Positions 1 through 7,533 of a stretch of 42,496 nucleotides of DNA are shown in pieces. The stretch is from assembly GCA_035251085.1 (NCBI GenBank), contig DATFEN010000010.1, forward strand, positions 1 to 42,496, read 5' to 3'. The DNA is from Vicinamibacteria bacterium. GTDB taxonomy: Bacteria; Acidobacteriota; Vicinamibacteria; Fen-336. Position 1 is the stretch's first letter. Each line of letters begins with the position of its first letter. The notes under the pieces are model-generated. The model saw nothing but the letters and a program-made list of their open reading frames with translations, did no database searches and had not been told where the DNA came from. The position numbers were made by a program, and so were the translations under genes.

Positions 1-966
1 CTCGGCGCTCGACAGGCGCTCGACGTAGACGTCCTCGAGGCGCCGGGCCATTCCGGCATGCCGGGTCGTGACCTCGCGAAGGAGCGGCGCATCCAGCTCC
101 AGCAGCTCGCAGCGCGCCGCGGCGATGACGGTGGCGGTGCGCGGTCGCCCCGACAGGCTCGCGATCTCGCCGAAGTACTGGCCCTCGCCGAGGCGCGCCA
201 CCGGCACGTTGCGGCCGGAGGGGTTGGCGATGAAGACCTTCACGCCGCCCGTCGCGATGACGAAGAGCCCTTCGCCCGGTTCGCCCTCGGCGAGGATCAC
301 CTCGCCCGGCTCGGCGCTGCGGAGCTTGAGAGCGCGCACGATCGCGAGCAGCTCTTCCTCCGGAACGCTGCGGAAGAGGTCGCAGGCCAGCAGCCGCTCG
401 GCGAAGGCGACGGTGCGCGCGCGCGCGTCGGCCGGCGCCGGCGTCCGCCGGACGACGTCCTCGGCGAGCACCACGAGCTCCTCGTCGAACTCGCCGTCCG
501 TCAGGCCCTCGGCCGGTGCCCGCGACGCGGCCTCCAAGGGCGCGGGCCCTGACTCGATTTCGAGCTCCATGCTCGGCGGCTCGCCCTCAGCAAGAACCTC
601 CGGCGGCGGCGCTGCCTTGACGAGCGGGGCTGCTTCCTGCTGCTGGTGCACGAGCCGTCCCAGCCGGGACTCGACGTCCTTGCGGCCGGGCTCGAGCTTC
701 TCGATCCGCTTCAAGACGGCCACGGCCTTCGCGACGAAGCCGTCGCGGCCGAACTCGTCGGCGAGGCCCAGCAGCACGGGCACCGCCTCCTTGACGCGGC
801 CGGCCGCGATCAGGAGGTCGACGAGCTCGAGACGCAGCTCGACGCTGGGGGCGATCTGGCCCTGGAGCTGGCCGCGGATCTGCTCGATCGCGCGAGACCG
901 CCGGCCGCGCGCGAACAGCCCGCTGCCCGGCGCGGCTTTCGGCGTTTGCAGCCATTCGAAGGGCAT
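1..966 (-). CDS. cyclic nucleotide-binding domain protein; C-terminus lies outside the window
   Basis: Absent from the ORF track because it is open at the window edge. My reverse-strand translation from the ATG (complement of 964-966) reads MPFEWLQTPKAAPGSGLFARGRRSRAIEQIRGQ... It continues ...GEVILAEGEPGEGLFVIATGGVKVFIANPSGRNVPVARLGEGQYFGEIASLSGRPRTATVIAAARCELLELD, which carries the FGE...RTA signature of CAP/Crp-type cNMP-binding domains. The 966 nt are in frame down to base 1. Confidence 0.8.
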   Translation of the reverse strand, partial: MPFEWLQTPKAAPGSGLFARGRRSRAIEQIRGQLQGQIAPSVELRLELVDLLIAAGRVKEAVPVLLGLADEFGRDGFVAKAVAVLKRIEKLEPGRKDVESRLGRLVHQQQEAAPLVKAAPPPEVLAEGEPPSMELEIESGPAPLEAASRAPAEGLTDGEFDEELVVLAEDVVRRTPAPADARARTVAFAERLLACDLFRSVPEEELLAIVRALKLRSAEPGEVILAEGEPGEGLFVIATGGVKVFIANPSGRNVPVARLGEGQYFGEIASLSGRPRTATVIAAARCELLELDAPLLREVTTRHAGMARRLEDVYVERLSSAE

Positions 967-1009
967 CGTGTTCGGAAAGTGCGAAGCTTCCCGCCGCACG
1001 GCGGGCACG

Positions 1010-1026
1010 TCAAGCGATCCGCTTGA
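1010..1026. promoter_or_regulatory. perfect 7-3-7 palindrome TCAAGCG-ATC-CGCTTGA, a candidate operator overlapping the moaD -35
   Basis: Read directly from the sequence. A second GC palindrome, CCCGCCG-CA-CGGCGGG, lies at 990-1005. Both sit in the 91-bp divergent region between the cNMP-binding gene and moaD. Confidence 0.35.
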
Positions 1027-1051
1027 TCGGCGCGGCCGCGCGGCTTAGCCT
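1023..1051 (+). promoter_or_regulatory. sigma70-like promoter TTGATC-17 nt-TAGCCT, ending 6 nt before the moaD ATG (leaderless configuration)
   Basis: Hexamers and spacing read directly. No SD lies between the -10 and the ATG at 1058. Confidence 0.4.
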
Positions 1052-1057
1052 GCGGGG

Positions 1058-1303
1058 ATGCGCGTGCGCGTGAGGCTGTTCGCTTCGCTCCGCGAGGCCG
1101 TGGGTCAGGCGGAGCTGGAGCTCGAGCTCGAGAAGGGTGGCACTCCAGAGGATGTCTTCCGTCTGATGGGCCGCGCGCACCCGATGCTCCTGAGCAAGCG
1201 GCCGAGCCTGACCGCGGCCGTCAACCGCCGCTACGTGGGCTTCGACGAGCCGCTCGCCGAGGGCGACGAGGTCGTGTTCGTGCCGCCCGTCAGCGGAGGC
1301 TAG
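1058..1303 (+). CDS. moaD: molybdopterin synthase sulfur-carrier subunit MoaD (beta-grasp, C-terminal Gly-Gly)
   Basis: 81 aa, MRVRVRLFASLREAVG...EGDEVVFVPPVSGG. Length and the GDEV.F.PPV.GG tail match the MoaD pattern. No moaE is adjacent. Confidence 0.85.
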   Translation: MRVRVRLFASLREAVGQAELELELEKGGTPEDVFRLMGRAHPMLLSKRPSLTAAVNRRYVGFDEPLAEGDEVVFVPPVSGG

Positions 1304-1992
1304 GGCTCCAGCCGGTAGCCCGCGCCCCGCACCGTGAGCAAGTGCTTCGGCTCGCGAGGGTCTCGTTCCAAGTAGCGACGCAGCCTCATCACGAAGTTGT
1401 CCACGGCACGGGTCTGCGTGTCGGGCGAGAGGTTCCAGACGTTCTCCAGGATCTCCGCCTTCGTCACCACGCGGCCGGCGTTCTGCACGAGCAGCTTGAG
1501 CAGCATGGCCTCGAGCAGCGTGAGCTTCTGCACCTGGCCGCCGCGGCGCACCTCGAAGCCCGCGAAGTCCACTTCGGCGTCGCCGATCGTGGCGCGCTCC
1601 GGCCCGTCGCCAGGGCCCCTGGCCCAGTCGCGGCGCCGCAGCAGGCCCTTGACCCGGGCCAGGAGCACGGTCAGGTCGAACGGCTTGGGCAGGTAGTCGT
1701 CCGCTCCCGCCTCCAGACCCTGGACCACGTCCTCGGGCAGGCTCTTGGCGGTGAGCATCAGCGTCGCCACGTAGTTTCCGCTGTTGCGCAGACGCTCGAC
1801 GATCTCGAAGCCGTCGAGGCCGGGCAGCATGACGTCGAGGATCACCAGGTCGAAAGCCGGCGGACGCAGCAGCCGAGCCAGCGCCTCGGCGCCGTCGCCG
1901 ATCACCTCGACCTCGTATCCCTCGATCTCCAGGTTGAACTTGATGCCGGTGGCCAGGTGAGCCTCGTCCTCGACGACCAGGAGGCGCGCCAT
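1300..1992 (-). CDS. OmpR-family response regulator (receiver plus winged-helix DNA-binding domain)
   Basis: MARLLVVEDEAHL...DLVILDVMLPGLDGFEIV...DDYLPKPF, then a trans_reg_C-like tail (...LTLLEAMLLKLL...TVRGAGYRL). Its stop overlaps the moaD stop in convergent orientation (CTAG at 1300-1303). Confidence 0.9.
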   Translation of the reverse strand: MARLLVVEDEAHLATGIKFNLEIEGYEVEVIGDGAEALARLLRPPAFDLVILDVMLPGLDGFEIVERLRNSGNYVATLMLTAKSLPEDVVQGLEAGADDYLPKPFDLTVLLARVKGLLRRRDWARGPGDGPERATIGDAEVDFAGFEVRRGGQVQKLTLLEAMLLKLLVQNAGRVVTKAEILENVWNLSPDTQTRAVDNFVMRLRRYLERDPREPKHLLTVRGAGYRLEP

Positions 1993-1998
1993 CGCTTC

Positions 1999-2964
1999 TT
2001 AAGCCGCCGCCCCGGGCTCGGGCCGGTCGAGCACGCCGGGCAACGTGATCGTGAACGTCGAGCCGCGGTCGGGGCCCGGGCTCTCGGCGGCCACGGTGCC
2101 GTGGTGACCCTTGACCACCGACTTCACGATGAACAGGCCCAGGCCGGTTCCGGTCCGGCGGCGCCGCACCTCGGCGCCGATGCGGTAGAAGCGGTTGAAG
2201 ATGTAGGCGAGGTGCGCGCGGCTCATGCCGACCCCGTGATCTCGAATGCGCAAGAAGGCCTGCCCGTCGCCGTGGGCTCCCACCTCGACCTCGATCTGCA
2301 CGTTCTCCCGCGAGTACTTCACTGCGTTGTCCAGCAGGTTCAGGACGGCAGTCTCGAGAGCCGCGGCGTCGCCACGCAGGACGAGCGTCTCCGGTCCGTC
2401 GCACCGGATGACATCCGCCCCGAGCTGGTTGCGCGTCCGCGTGAGCTCGATGCAGCGCCGCACCAGCTTCGCGAAGTCCAGCGGCTGCGGGTCCACGACC
2501 GGGCGATCCGTGTACATCGCGGCGTTCAGGACGTTGTTGATCGTCGCGTTGAGCCGCTCGATGTCCTGGCGCATGGTCCTGTAGAACTCCGCGCGGCGCA
2601 CCTCGGGCACCTCGCGCAGCTCGAGGGTGTCGAGGTAGAGCTTGAGCGACGCCACCGGCGTCTTCAGCTCGTGGGTCACGGCGCTCACGAAGTTGCTCTG
2701 GCGCTCGTTGAGGCGCACCTCGCGGACGAGCAGGATCACGAGCAGCGCGAGGCCCGCGATCAGCAGCAGGAACAGCAGCATCCCGAAGAAGTAGACGACG
2801 AAGCGGACGGTCTGGAACTCGCGGGCGACGCGCGCCTCCTCCGAGGCGAGGAACTGCCAGCCGGCGTTCAGGGCGATCGCCACGAGGATCAGGAAGATCC
2901 CCACCGTGACGTGGAGCCACTTGGGCCGCTTGGTGGACGAGAGCTGGGAGCCCGGCACGGCCAC
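1999..2964 (-). CDS. sensor histidine kinase with two TM helices separated by a short loop (intramembrane-sensing type)
   Basis: H-box SAVTHELKTPVASL, N-box LLDNAVKYS, G-boxes DHGVGM and GTGLGLFIV. The track ORF extends to 3150 but would overlap the upstream ALDH gene. In-frame GTG codons at 2964 and 2958 lie just after the ALDH stop (2973-2975), so the exact start is uncertain. Confidence 0.8.
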   Translation of the reverse strand: MAVPGSQLSSTKRPKWLHVTVGIFLILVAIALNAGWQFLASEEARVAREFQTVRFVVYFFGMLLFLLLIAGLALLVILLVREVRLNERQSNFVSAVTHELKTPVASLKLYLDTLELREVPEVRRAEFYRTMRQDIERLNATINNVLNAAMYTDRPVVDPQPLDFAKLVRRCIELTRTRNQLGADVIRCDGPETLVLRGDAAALETAVLNLLDNAVKYSRENVQIEVEVGAHGDGQAFLRIRDHGVGMSRAHLAYIFNRFYRIGAEVRRRRTGTGLGLFIVKSVVKGHHGTVAAESPGPDRGSTFTITLPGVLDRPEPGAAA

Positions 2965-2972
2965 GGCTGCCC

Positions 2973-4637
2973 CTACGAGACGAAGCGATCGAGACGGCGC
3001 AGCAGGGCGAACACGTTCACGCCGCGCCAGAATCGAGAGCAGGCGAGCAGGCGAAGTTGCGCGCCGAGCCGGCGCGCGAGGCCGCTGCCATGGATCGCGG
3101 GCACGGCCGACCTCATGAACCCGGCGAAGCCCTCGCCGTAGGGGAACCACCAGGCGGCGGCGCGGCGCGCGCCGTCCCAGGTCACGTACTTGGAGCGGAC
3201 CATCTCGCGCAGGCCCAGGGCGCCGTGGGAGCGGCCGATCCCGCTCTTGCCGAATCCGCCGTACGGAGCGGTCGGCTCGCCGATGCTCGAGACGCAGTCG
3301 TTGATCGTCACGACGCCCGCCCGCAGCTCCCGCTGGAGGCGCGCGGCCAGCTTGCGGTCGCGCGTCCAGCCGCTCGCGGTCAGGCCATACTCGCTGTCGT
3401 TGGCGAGCGCGATCGCCTCGTCGACGTCCTTCACGGCGCGGATCGGGAGCACCGGGCCGAAGGTCTCCTCGCGCATGATCCGCATCGTGTGGTCGACGCC
3501 GGTCAGGACGGTCGGAGGATAGAAGTGGCCGCGGCCCGGCGGCCGCGCACCGCCGGTGATCACCCTGGCCCCGCGAGCCACGGCGTCCTTCACGTGTTCC
3601 TCGACCACTGCCCGCTGTCGCTCCAGCGTCAGCGGGCCGACGTCGGTCTCGGGCCGCAACGGGTCGCCGACCCTGAGTCGCCGCGTCTCCTCGACCACGC
3701 GCGCGACGAACGCCTCGGCCACGGGCGCCTCGACGTACACGCGCTCCACGGACACGCAGGTCTGCCCCGTGTTCATGAACGCGCCCCAGACGATTCCTTG
3801 GGCGGCGCGGTCGATGTCCGCGTCACGACACACGATGGCCGCATCCTTGCCGCCCAGCTCGAGCAGGACCGGGATCAGGTTCCGGGCGGCGGCGGCCATG
3901 ATCTTCTGGCCCGTCGCGACACTGCCGATGAACGCGATCTTGCCGATGCGTGAATCCTCGACGAGCCCCGCGGCCACGCGGTCGTCCACGGCCACCACTG
4001 CGAGCACTCCCTCGGGCAGCCCCGCGCGCCGGAAAATGTCCCCGATCTTGAGGCCGACCAGCGTCGTCGAAGGGGCTGGCTTCAGCACCACAGCGTTTCC
4101 GGCGGCCAGGGCCGTCGCAGCGGCGCTCATCGCCAGGAACAGCGGATAGTTCCAGGGCGTGATCACGAGGACGACGCCGAAGGGCTCGAACGCCAGGCTC
4201 GCGTCCTTGTGGACGAACAGCGGCACCTCGCTCTCCATCGCCTCCTGGCGCAGCGACCGCTCGGCGTGGAGCGCCAGGTGCCGGAGCGCTTCGAGGCTCG
4301 GGAACACGTCGGCCGCGAGCGCCTCGGCCACGGGCTTGCCCTGCTCGCTGGCGATCAGGCGCGCGAGCTCATCCGCCTCGGCCGCCAGGATGTCGCGGGC
4401 GGCGAGCAGGACCTGGCCGCGAGTGCGGAAGTCCAGCCCGCCCCACGCGGCAGCGGCGCTGCGCGCCGCCGCGACCGCCTCCTTGGCCTGCTCGGCGTCC
4501 AGCAGGCTGGCCGCGGCGAAAGCGTCACCGGTCGCGGGGTTGACAGCGGCGCGGATCCCCCCGCGGCCGACGACCTCGCGGTTTCCAACCCACGAGTGGC
4601 GGGTCTCGAGGGCCGCGGGCGCAGCGGCGGTGACCAT
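2973..4637 (-). CDS. NAD(P)-dependent aldehyde dehydrogenase family protein with a C-terminal extension of about 60 aa
   Basis: ALDH hallmarks: ITPWNYP, LELGGKDA, a catalytic Cys in FMNTGQTCVSVERVYV, and EETFGPVLP. I chose the start at Met22 of the track ORF (MVTAAAP...), which sits 8 nt downstream of a TACTCT -10-like box. The tail reads ...AAAWWFPYGEGFAGFMRS... Confidence 0.85.
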   Translation of the reverse strand: MVTAAAPAALETRHSWVGNREVVGRGGIRAAVNPATGDAFAAASLLDAEQAKEAVAAARSAAAAWGGLDFRTRGQVLLAARDILAAEADELARLIASEQGKPVAEALAADVFPSLEALRHLALHAERSLRQEAMESEVPLFVHKDASLAFEPFGVVLVITPWNYPLFLAMSAAATALAAGNAVVLKPAPSTTLVGLKIGDIFRRAGLPEGVLAVVAVDDRVAAGLVEDSRIGKIAFIGSVATGQKIMAAAARNLIPVLLELGGKDAAIVCRDADIDRAAQGIVWGAFMNTGQTCVSVERVYVEAPVAEAFVARVVEETRRLRVGDPLRPETDVGPLTLERQRAVVEEHVKDAVARGARVITGGARPPGRGHFYPPTVLTGVDHTMRIMREETFGPVLPIRAVKDVDEAIALANDSEYGLTASGWTRDRKLAARLQRELRAGVVTINDCVSSIGEPTAPYGGFGKSGIGRSHGALGLREMVRSKYVTWDGARRAAAWWFPYGEGFAGFMRSAVPAIHGSGLARRLGAQLRLLACSRFWRGVNVFALLRRLDRFVS

Positions 4638-4699
4638 CGCTCGAAAGAGTATCGGGAAGCGAGCGGAGCGTAAAGAGGAGCCTCGGCGTGTGGCCGACA

Positions 4700-4705
4700 T
4701 ACAAT
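4700..4705 (+). promoter_or_regulatory. -10 box TACAAT, 6 nt upstream of the ATG at 4712
   Basis: GACATACAATCGCCCCATG. No SD. Confidence 0.4.
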
Positions 4706-4711
4706 CGCCCC

Positions 4712-5131
4712 ATGGCCGACGACCACGCCGGGCTGCGCGATGTCAACGAGCGCTTCTACCGCGCCCTCGAGAGCCTCGACCTCGACGCGATGGACGTGCT
4801 CTGGTCCCACGAACGCTGGGTGCGCTGCGTACATCCAGGCAGCGATGCGATCGTGGGCTGGCAGGAGATCCGCCGCTCCTGGCAGGAGATCTTCGCGACG
4901 ACGCGTTGGCTCCGGGTGACCCCCACCGCCGTCGACGTCACGGTGCTGGGCGGGGTGGGAATGGTGGCCTGCTCGGAGAACATCACGGCCGCCAACGAGG
5001 GCGACGTGGGCCTGGCGGTGGCCCAGGCCACGAACCTGTTCCAGCGCACGCCGGCCGGCTGGCTCATGGTGCTGCACCATGCCTCGCCCTCGCCGGTCCA
5101 GCTGACGAGCCCGGAGACCGGGAGCGCGTAG
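4712..5131 (+). CDS. NTF2-superfamily (SnoaL/DUF4440-like) protein
   Basis: MADDHAGLRDVNERFYRALESLDLDAMDVLWSHERWVRCVHPGSDAIVGWQEI...WLMVLHHASP. The pattern is typical of SnoaL-like small proteins. I chose the start at the second Met of the track ORF, 6 nt after a TACAAT box. Confidence 0.65.
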   Translation: MADDHAGLRDVNERFYRALESLDLDAMDVLWSHERWVRCVHPGSDAIVGWQEIRRSWQEIFATTRWLRVTPTAVDVTVLGGVGMVACSENITAANEGDVGLAVAQATNLFQRTPAGWLMVLHHASPSPVQLTSPETGSA

Positions 5132-5143
5132 GGCTCGGCCCTA
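5129..5143. terminator. 15-nt hairpin TAGGGC-TCG-GCCCTA spanning both convergent stop codons
   Basis: The 6-bp stem is built from the TAG at 5129-5131 and the CTA at 5141-5143. No U-tract follows. Confidence 0.25.
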
Positions 5144-5377
5144 GCGCAAGTGGCCGACCTTCGATTGCAGGAAGGCCCGGCCGCGCCTGAACTCCACCAG
5201 GTCGCCCCGCTCGAGGGCGGCGATCGTCTCCCTGGCGCGGACCGCGAGCTCCTCCTGCGCGAGCGCCTCGAGCTCGCCCTCGACCTGGCGCAGCTTGTCC
5301 GCGATGCTCTCCAGGCTGCCCACGTCGGTCGCGTTGAGCGTCGAGAGGATCACGTCGATGCGGTCGACCGTCGCCAT
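5141..5377 (-). CDS. hypothetical small helical protein (78 aa)
   Basis: Intact ORF with very high third-position GC, consistent with coding. It is divergent from trxB. No motif recognised. Confidence 0.55.
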   Translation of the reverse strand: MATVDRIDVILSTLNATDVGSLESIADKLRQVEGELEALAQEELAVRARETIAALERGDLVEFRRGRAFLQSKVGHLR

Positions 5378-5384
5378 GGCGTGA

Positions 5385-5397
5385 CCGTATCATACGG
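5385..5397. promoter_or_regulatory. 13-bp palindrome CCGTAT-C-ATACGG holding back-to-back -10 boxes (TATCAT on +, TATGAT on -)
   Basis: It fills most of the 25-bp gap between the divergent ATGs at 5377 and 5403. The -10 boxes end 9 nt and 11 nt from the respective ATGs. Confidence 0.4.
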
Positions 5398-5402
5398 ATT
5401 CG

Positions 5403-6362
5403 ATGCCCTCTAAGAATCGCTACAAGGTCGTCATCCTCGGCTCTGGGCCTGCGGGGCTCACGGCCGCCCTGTACGCGTCGCGTGCGAACCTCGAGCCGCT
5501 GGTCGTCGAAGGCGGCGGTGGCGACGATCCCACCGACGTCCCTGGCGGCCAGCTCATGCTCACGACCGAGGTGGACAACTACCCAGGCTTCCCCGAGGGC
5601 ATCCTGGGCCCGGAGCTGATGGCGAAGATGCGCAAGCAGGCGGAGCGCTTCGGCACCGAGTTCGCCTTCGGCGCCCTCGCGGAGGCGAGCCTCCACGAGC
5701 GGCCGTTCAGCCTCAAGCTGGCGGACGCGGCGCTCCAGGCGGACGTGCTGATCGTCGCCACCGGCGCGCGGGCGAAATGGCTCGGGCTTCCCGACGAGAT
5801 CGATTTCCGGACCAGGATCGGGGGCGTCTCGGCCTGCGCCACTTGCGACGGTTTCTTCTACAAGGGCAAGGAGGTGATGGTGGTCGGGGGGGGCGATACC
5901 GCGATGGAGGAAGCGACGTTCCTGACCAAGTTCGCCTCGAAGGTCACGGTCGTGCATCGCCGCGACACGCTGCGCGCGTCGAAGATCATGCAGGAGAAGG
6001 CGCGCGCCAACCCCAAGATCGCCTGGCTGCTGGACAGCACCCTCGAGGGCTACCTCGGCAAGGAGGAGGGCCAGCTGCGCGGCGTCCGGGTGCGCAACTT
6101 GAAGACCGGCGCCACCACCGAGCCTGCCGTTGGCGGCGTGTTCATGGCGATCGGCCACGAGCCGAACACGGGCGCGTTCAAAGGCCAGGTCGAGATGAAC
6201 GAGAGCGGGTACCTGCTCACGCGCGACAACACCACGGCCACCAGCGTCCCCGGCGTCTTCGCGGCCGGAGACGTGCAGGACCATCGCTACCGGCAGGCAG
6301 TGACCGCAGCGGGCAGTGGGTGCATGGCTGCCATCGACGCGGAGCGCTTTCTGAGCCACTGA
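5403..6362 (+). CDS. trxB: thioredoxin-disulfide reductase
   Basis: GSGPAG FAD-binding motif, redox-active CATCDG, GGGDTAMEEA NADPH-binding motif, and a GVFAAGDV tail. Confidence 0.93.
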   Translation: MPSKNRYKVVILGSGPAGLTAALYASRANLEPLVVEGGGGDDPTDVPGGQLMLTTEVDNYPGFPEGILGPELMAKMRKQAERFGTEFAFGALAEASLHERPFSLKLADAALQADVLIVATGARAKWLGLPDEIDFRTRIGGVSACATCDGFFYKGKEVMVVGGGDTAMEEATFLTKFASKVTVVHRRDTLRASKIMQEKARANPKIAWLLDSTLEGYLGKEEGQLRGVRVRNLKTGATTEPAVGGVFMAIGHEPNTGAFKGQVEMNESGYLLTRDNTTATSVPGVFAAGDVQDHRYRQAVTAAGSGCMAAIDAERFLSH

Positions 6363-6390
6363 GGCGGCCTCAGCTCGTCGTTTTCATCCC

Positions 6391-7533
6391 ATGAGCCGAC
6401 GCATTCTCTTCCTCGCTCCACAGCCCTTCTTCGAAGTCCGCGGCACGCCGCTCGCGGTGCTGGCCATGGTCCGAGCTCTCCTCGGCCTCGGACACCGCGT
6501 CGAGCTGCTCACCTACGCGCAGGGCGAGCCCGTGGAAATCCCTGGCCTCGTGCACAGGCGCAGTCTCCCGCTGCCGGTCGGCCGGGTCCGGGCCGGAGCC
6601 TCGCTCGCGAAGCTCCTGCTCGACGTTCCGTTCCTGATCCAGGCGGTGTGGCTGCTGTTCACGCGCCGCTACGACGTCGTGCACGCGGTCGAGGAAGCGG
6701 CGCATCTGATCGCTCCGTTCGCGCGCCTGCGTGGCGTGCCGCTGGTGGTCGACGTGGACTCCTCGATCCCCGAGCAGCTGCGCGACTCGGGCTTCGCGAC
6801 GCGCGGGCCTCTGCTGTGGTCGGCGCTCGCTCTCGAGCGCCACGCCCTGCGCCACGCTGCGGCCGTCGTCACGGTGTGCCCGAGCCTGACGAGCGGCGTG
6901 AAGCGACAGGCGCCTTCGGCGCGCGTGTTCCAGATCGAGGACCCGCCCCTCGTGGAGGGCTCGACGCCGGATTCCGACAGGGTTGCAGCCCTGCGCGCGG
7001 CCCTCGGCCTGGCCTCGGAGCCCGTGGTGCTCTACACGGGCAACTTCGAGCCCTACCAGGGGGTGCCGTTGCTGGTGGAGGCCTCGACCAGCGTGCCCGC
7101 GGCGCAGTTCCTGTTCGTGGGCGGGGAGCCCGCGGAGATCGAGGCGCTCAAGGGGAAAGGCGGACGCTGCTTCTTCGCCGGCAAGCGGCCGCCATCCGAG
7201 CTACCGCTGTTCCTGGCGCTCGCCGACGTGGTGGCCTCGCCGCGTTCACGCGGAACCAACACGCCCTTCAAGGTCTACACCTACCTCGCCTCGGGCAAAC
7301 CGCTCGTCGCGACGCGCATCGAGACGCATACGCAGCTCCTCGACGACGGCATGGCCTTCCTGGTCGAGCCGACGGCCGCGGGGCTGGCGAAGGGCGTGCG
7401 GCAGGCGCTGGCCGAGCCGGCGGAGGCTCGGGCTCGGGCCGATCGAGGCCGGGCGCTGCTCGAGCGCGAGTACAGCACGGCATGCCATGCTGCGAAGGTC
7501 GCCGCGGCCTACGCCTCGCTCGATCCTCGGTAG
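6391..7533 (+). CDS. glycosyltransferase, GT-B fold (family 4-like)
   Basis: RILFLAPQPFFEVRGTPLAVLAMVRAL at the N-terminus. A C-terminal Glycos_transf_1-like region reads ...FVGGEPAEIEALKG...LADVVASPRSRGTNTPFKVYTYLASGKPLVAT. Confidence 0.8.
   Translation: MSRRILFLAPQPFFEVRGTPLAVLAMVRALLGLGHRVELLTYAQGEPVEIPGLVHRRSLPLPVGRVRAGASLAKLLLDVPFLIQAVWLLFTRRYDVVHAVEEAAHLIAPFARLRGVPLVVDVDSSIPEQLRDSGFATRGPLLWSALALERHALRHAAAVVTVCPSLTSGVKRQAPSARVFQIEDPPLVEGSTPDSDRVAALRAALGLASEPVVLYTGNFEPYQGVPLLVEASTSVPAAQFLFVGGEPAEIEALKGKGGRCFFAGKRPPSELPLFLALADVVASPRSRGTNTPFKVYTYLASGKPLVATRIETHTQLLDDGMAFLVEPTAAGLAKGVRQALAEPAEARARADRGRALLEREYSTACHAAKVAAAYASLDPR

Noticed and set aside
68-1048. Long + strand ORFs (58..552, 68..1048, 646..1026) over the first kilobase
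   Set aside because: Their products are Arg/Ser/Ala-rich and low-complexity, typical of antisense shadow ORFs in high-GC DNA. The reverse strand encodes a clean cNMP-binding protein.
2973-3200. ALDH C-terminal extension as a frameshift artefact
   Set aside because: The extension is in frame with high third-position GC, and it ends 8 nt before the next gene. No alternative frame gives a typical short ALDH terminus.
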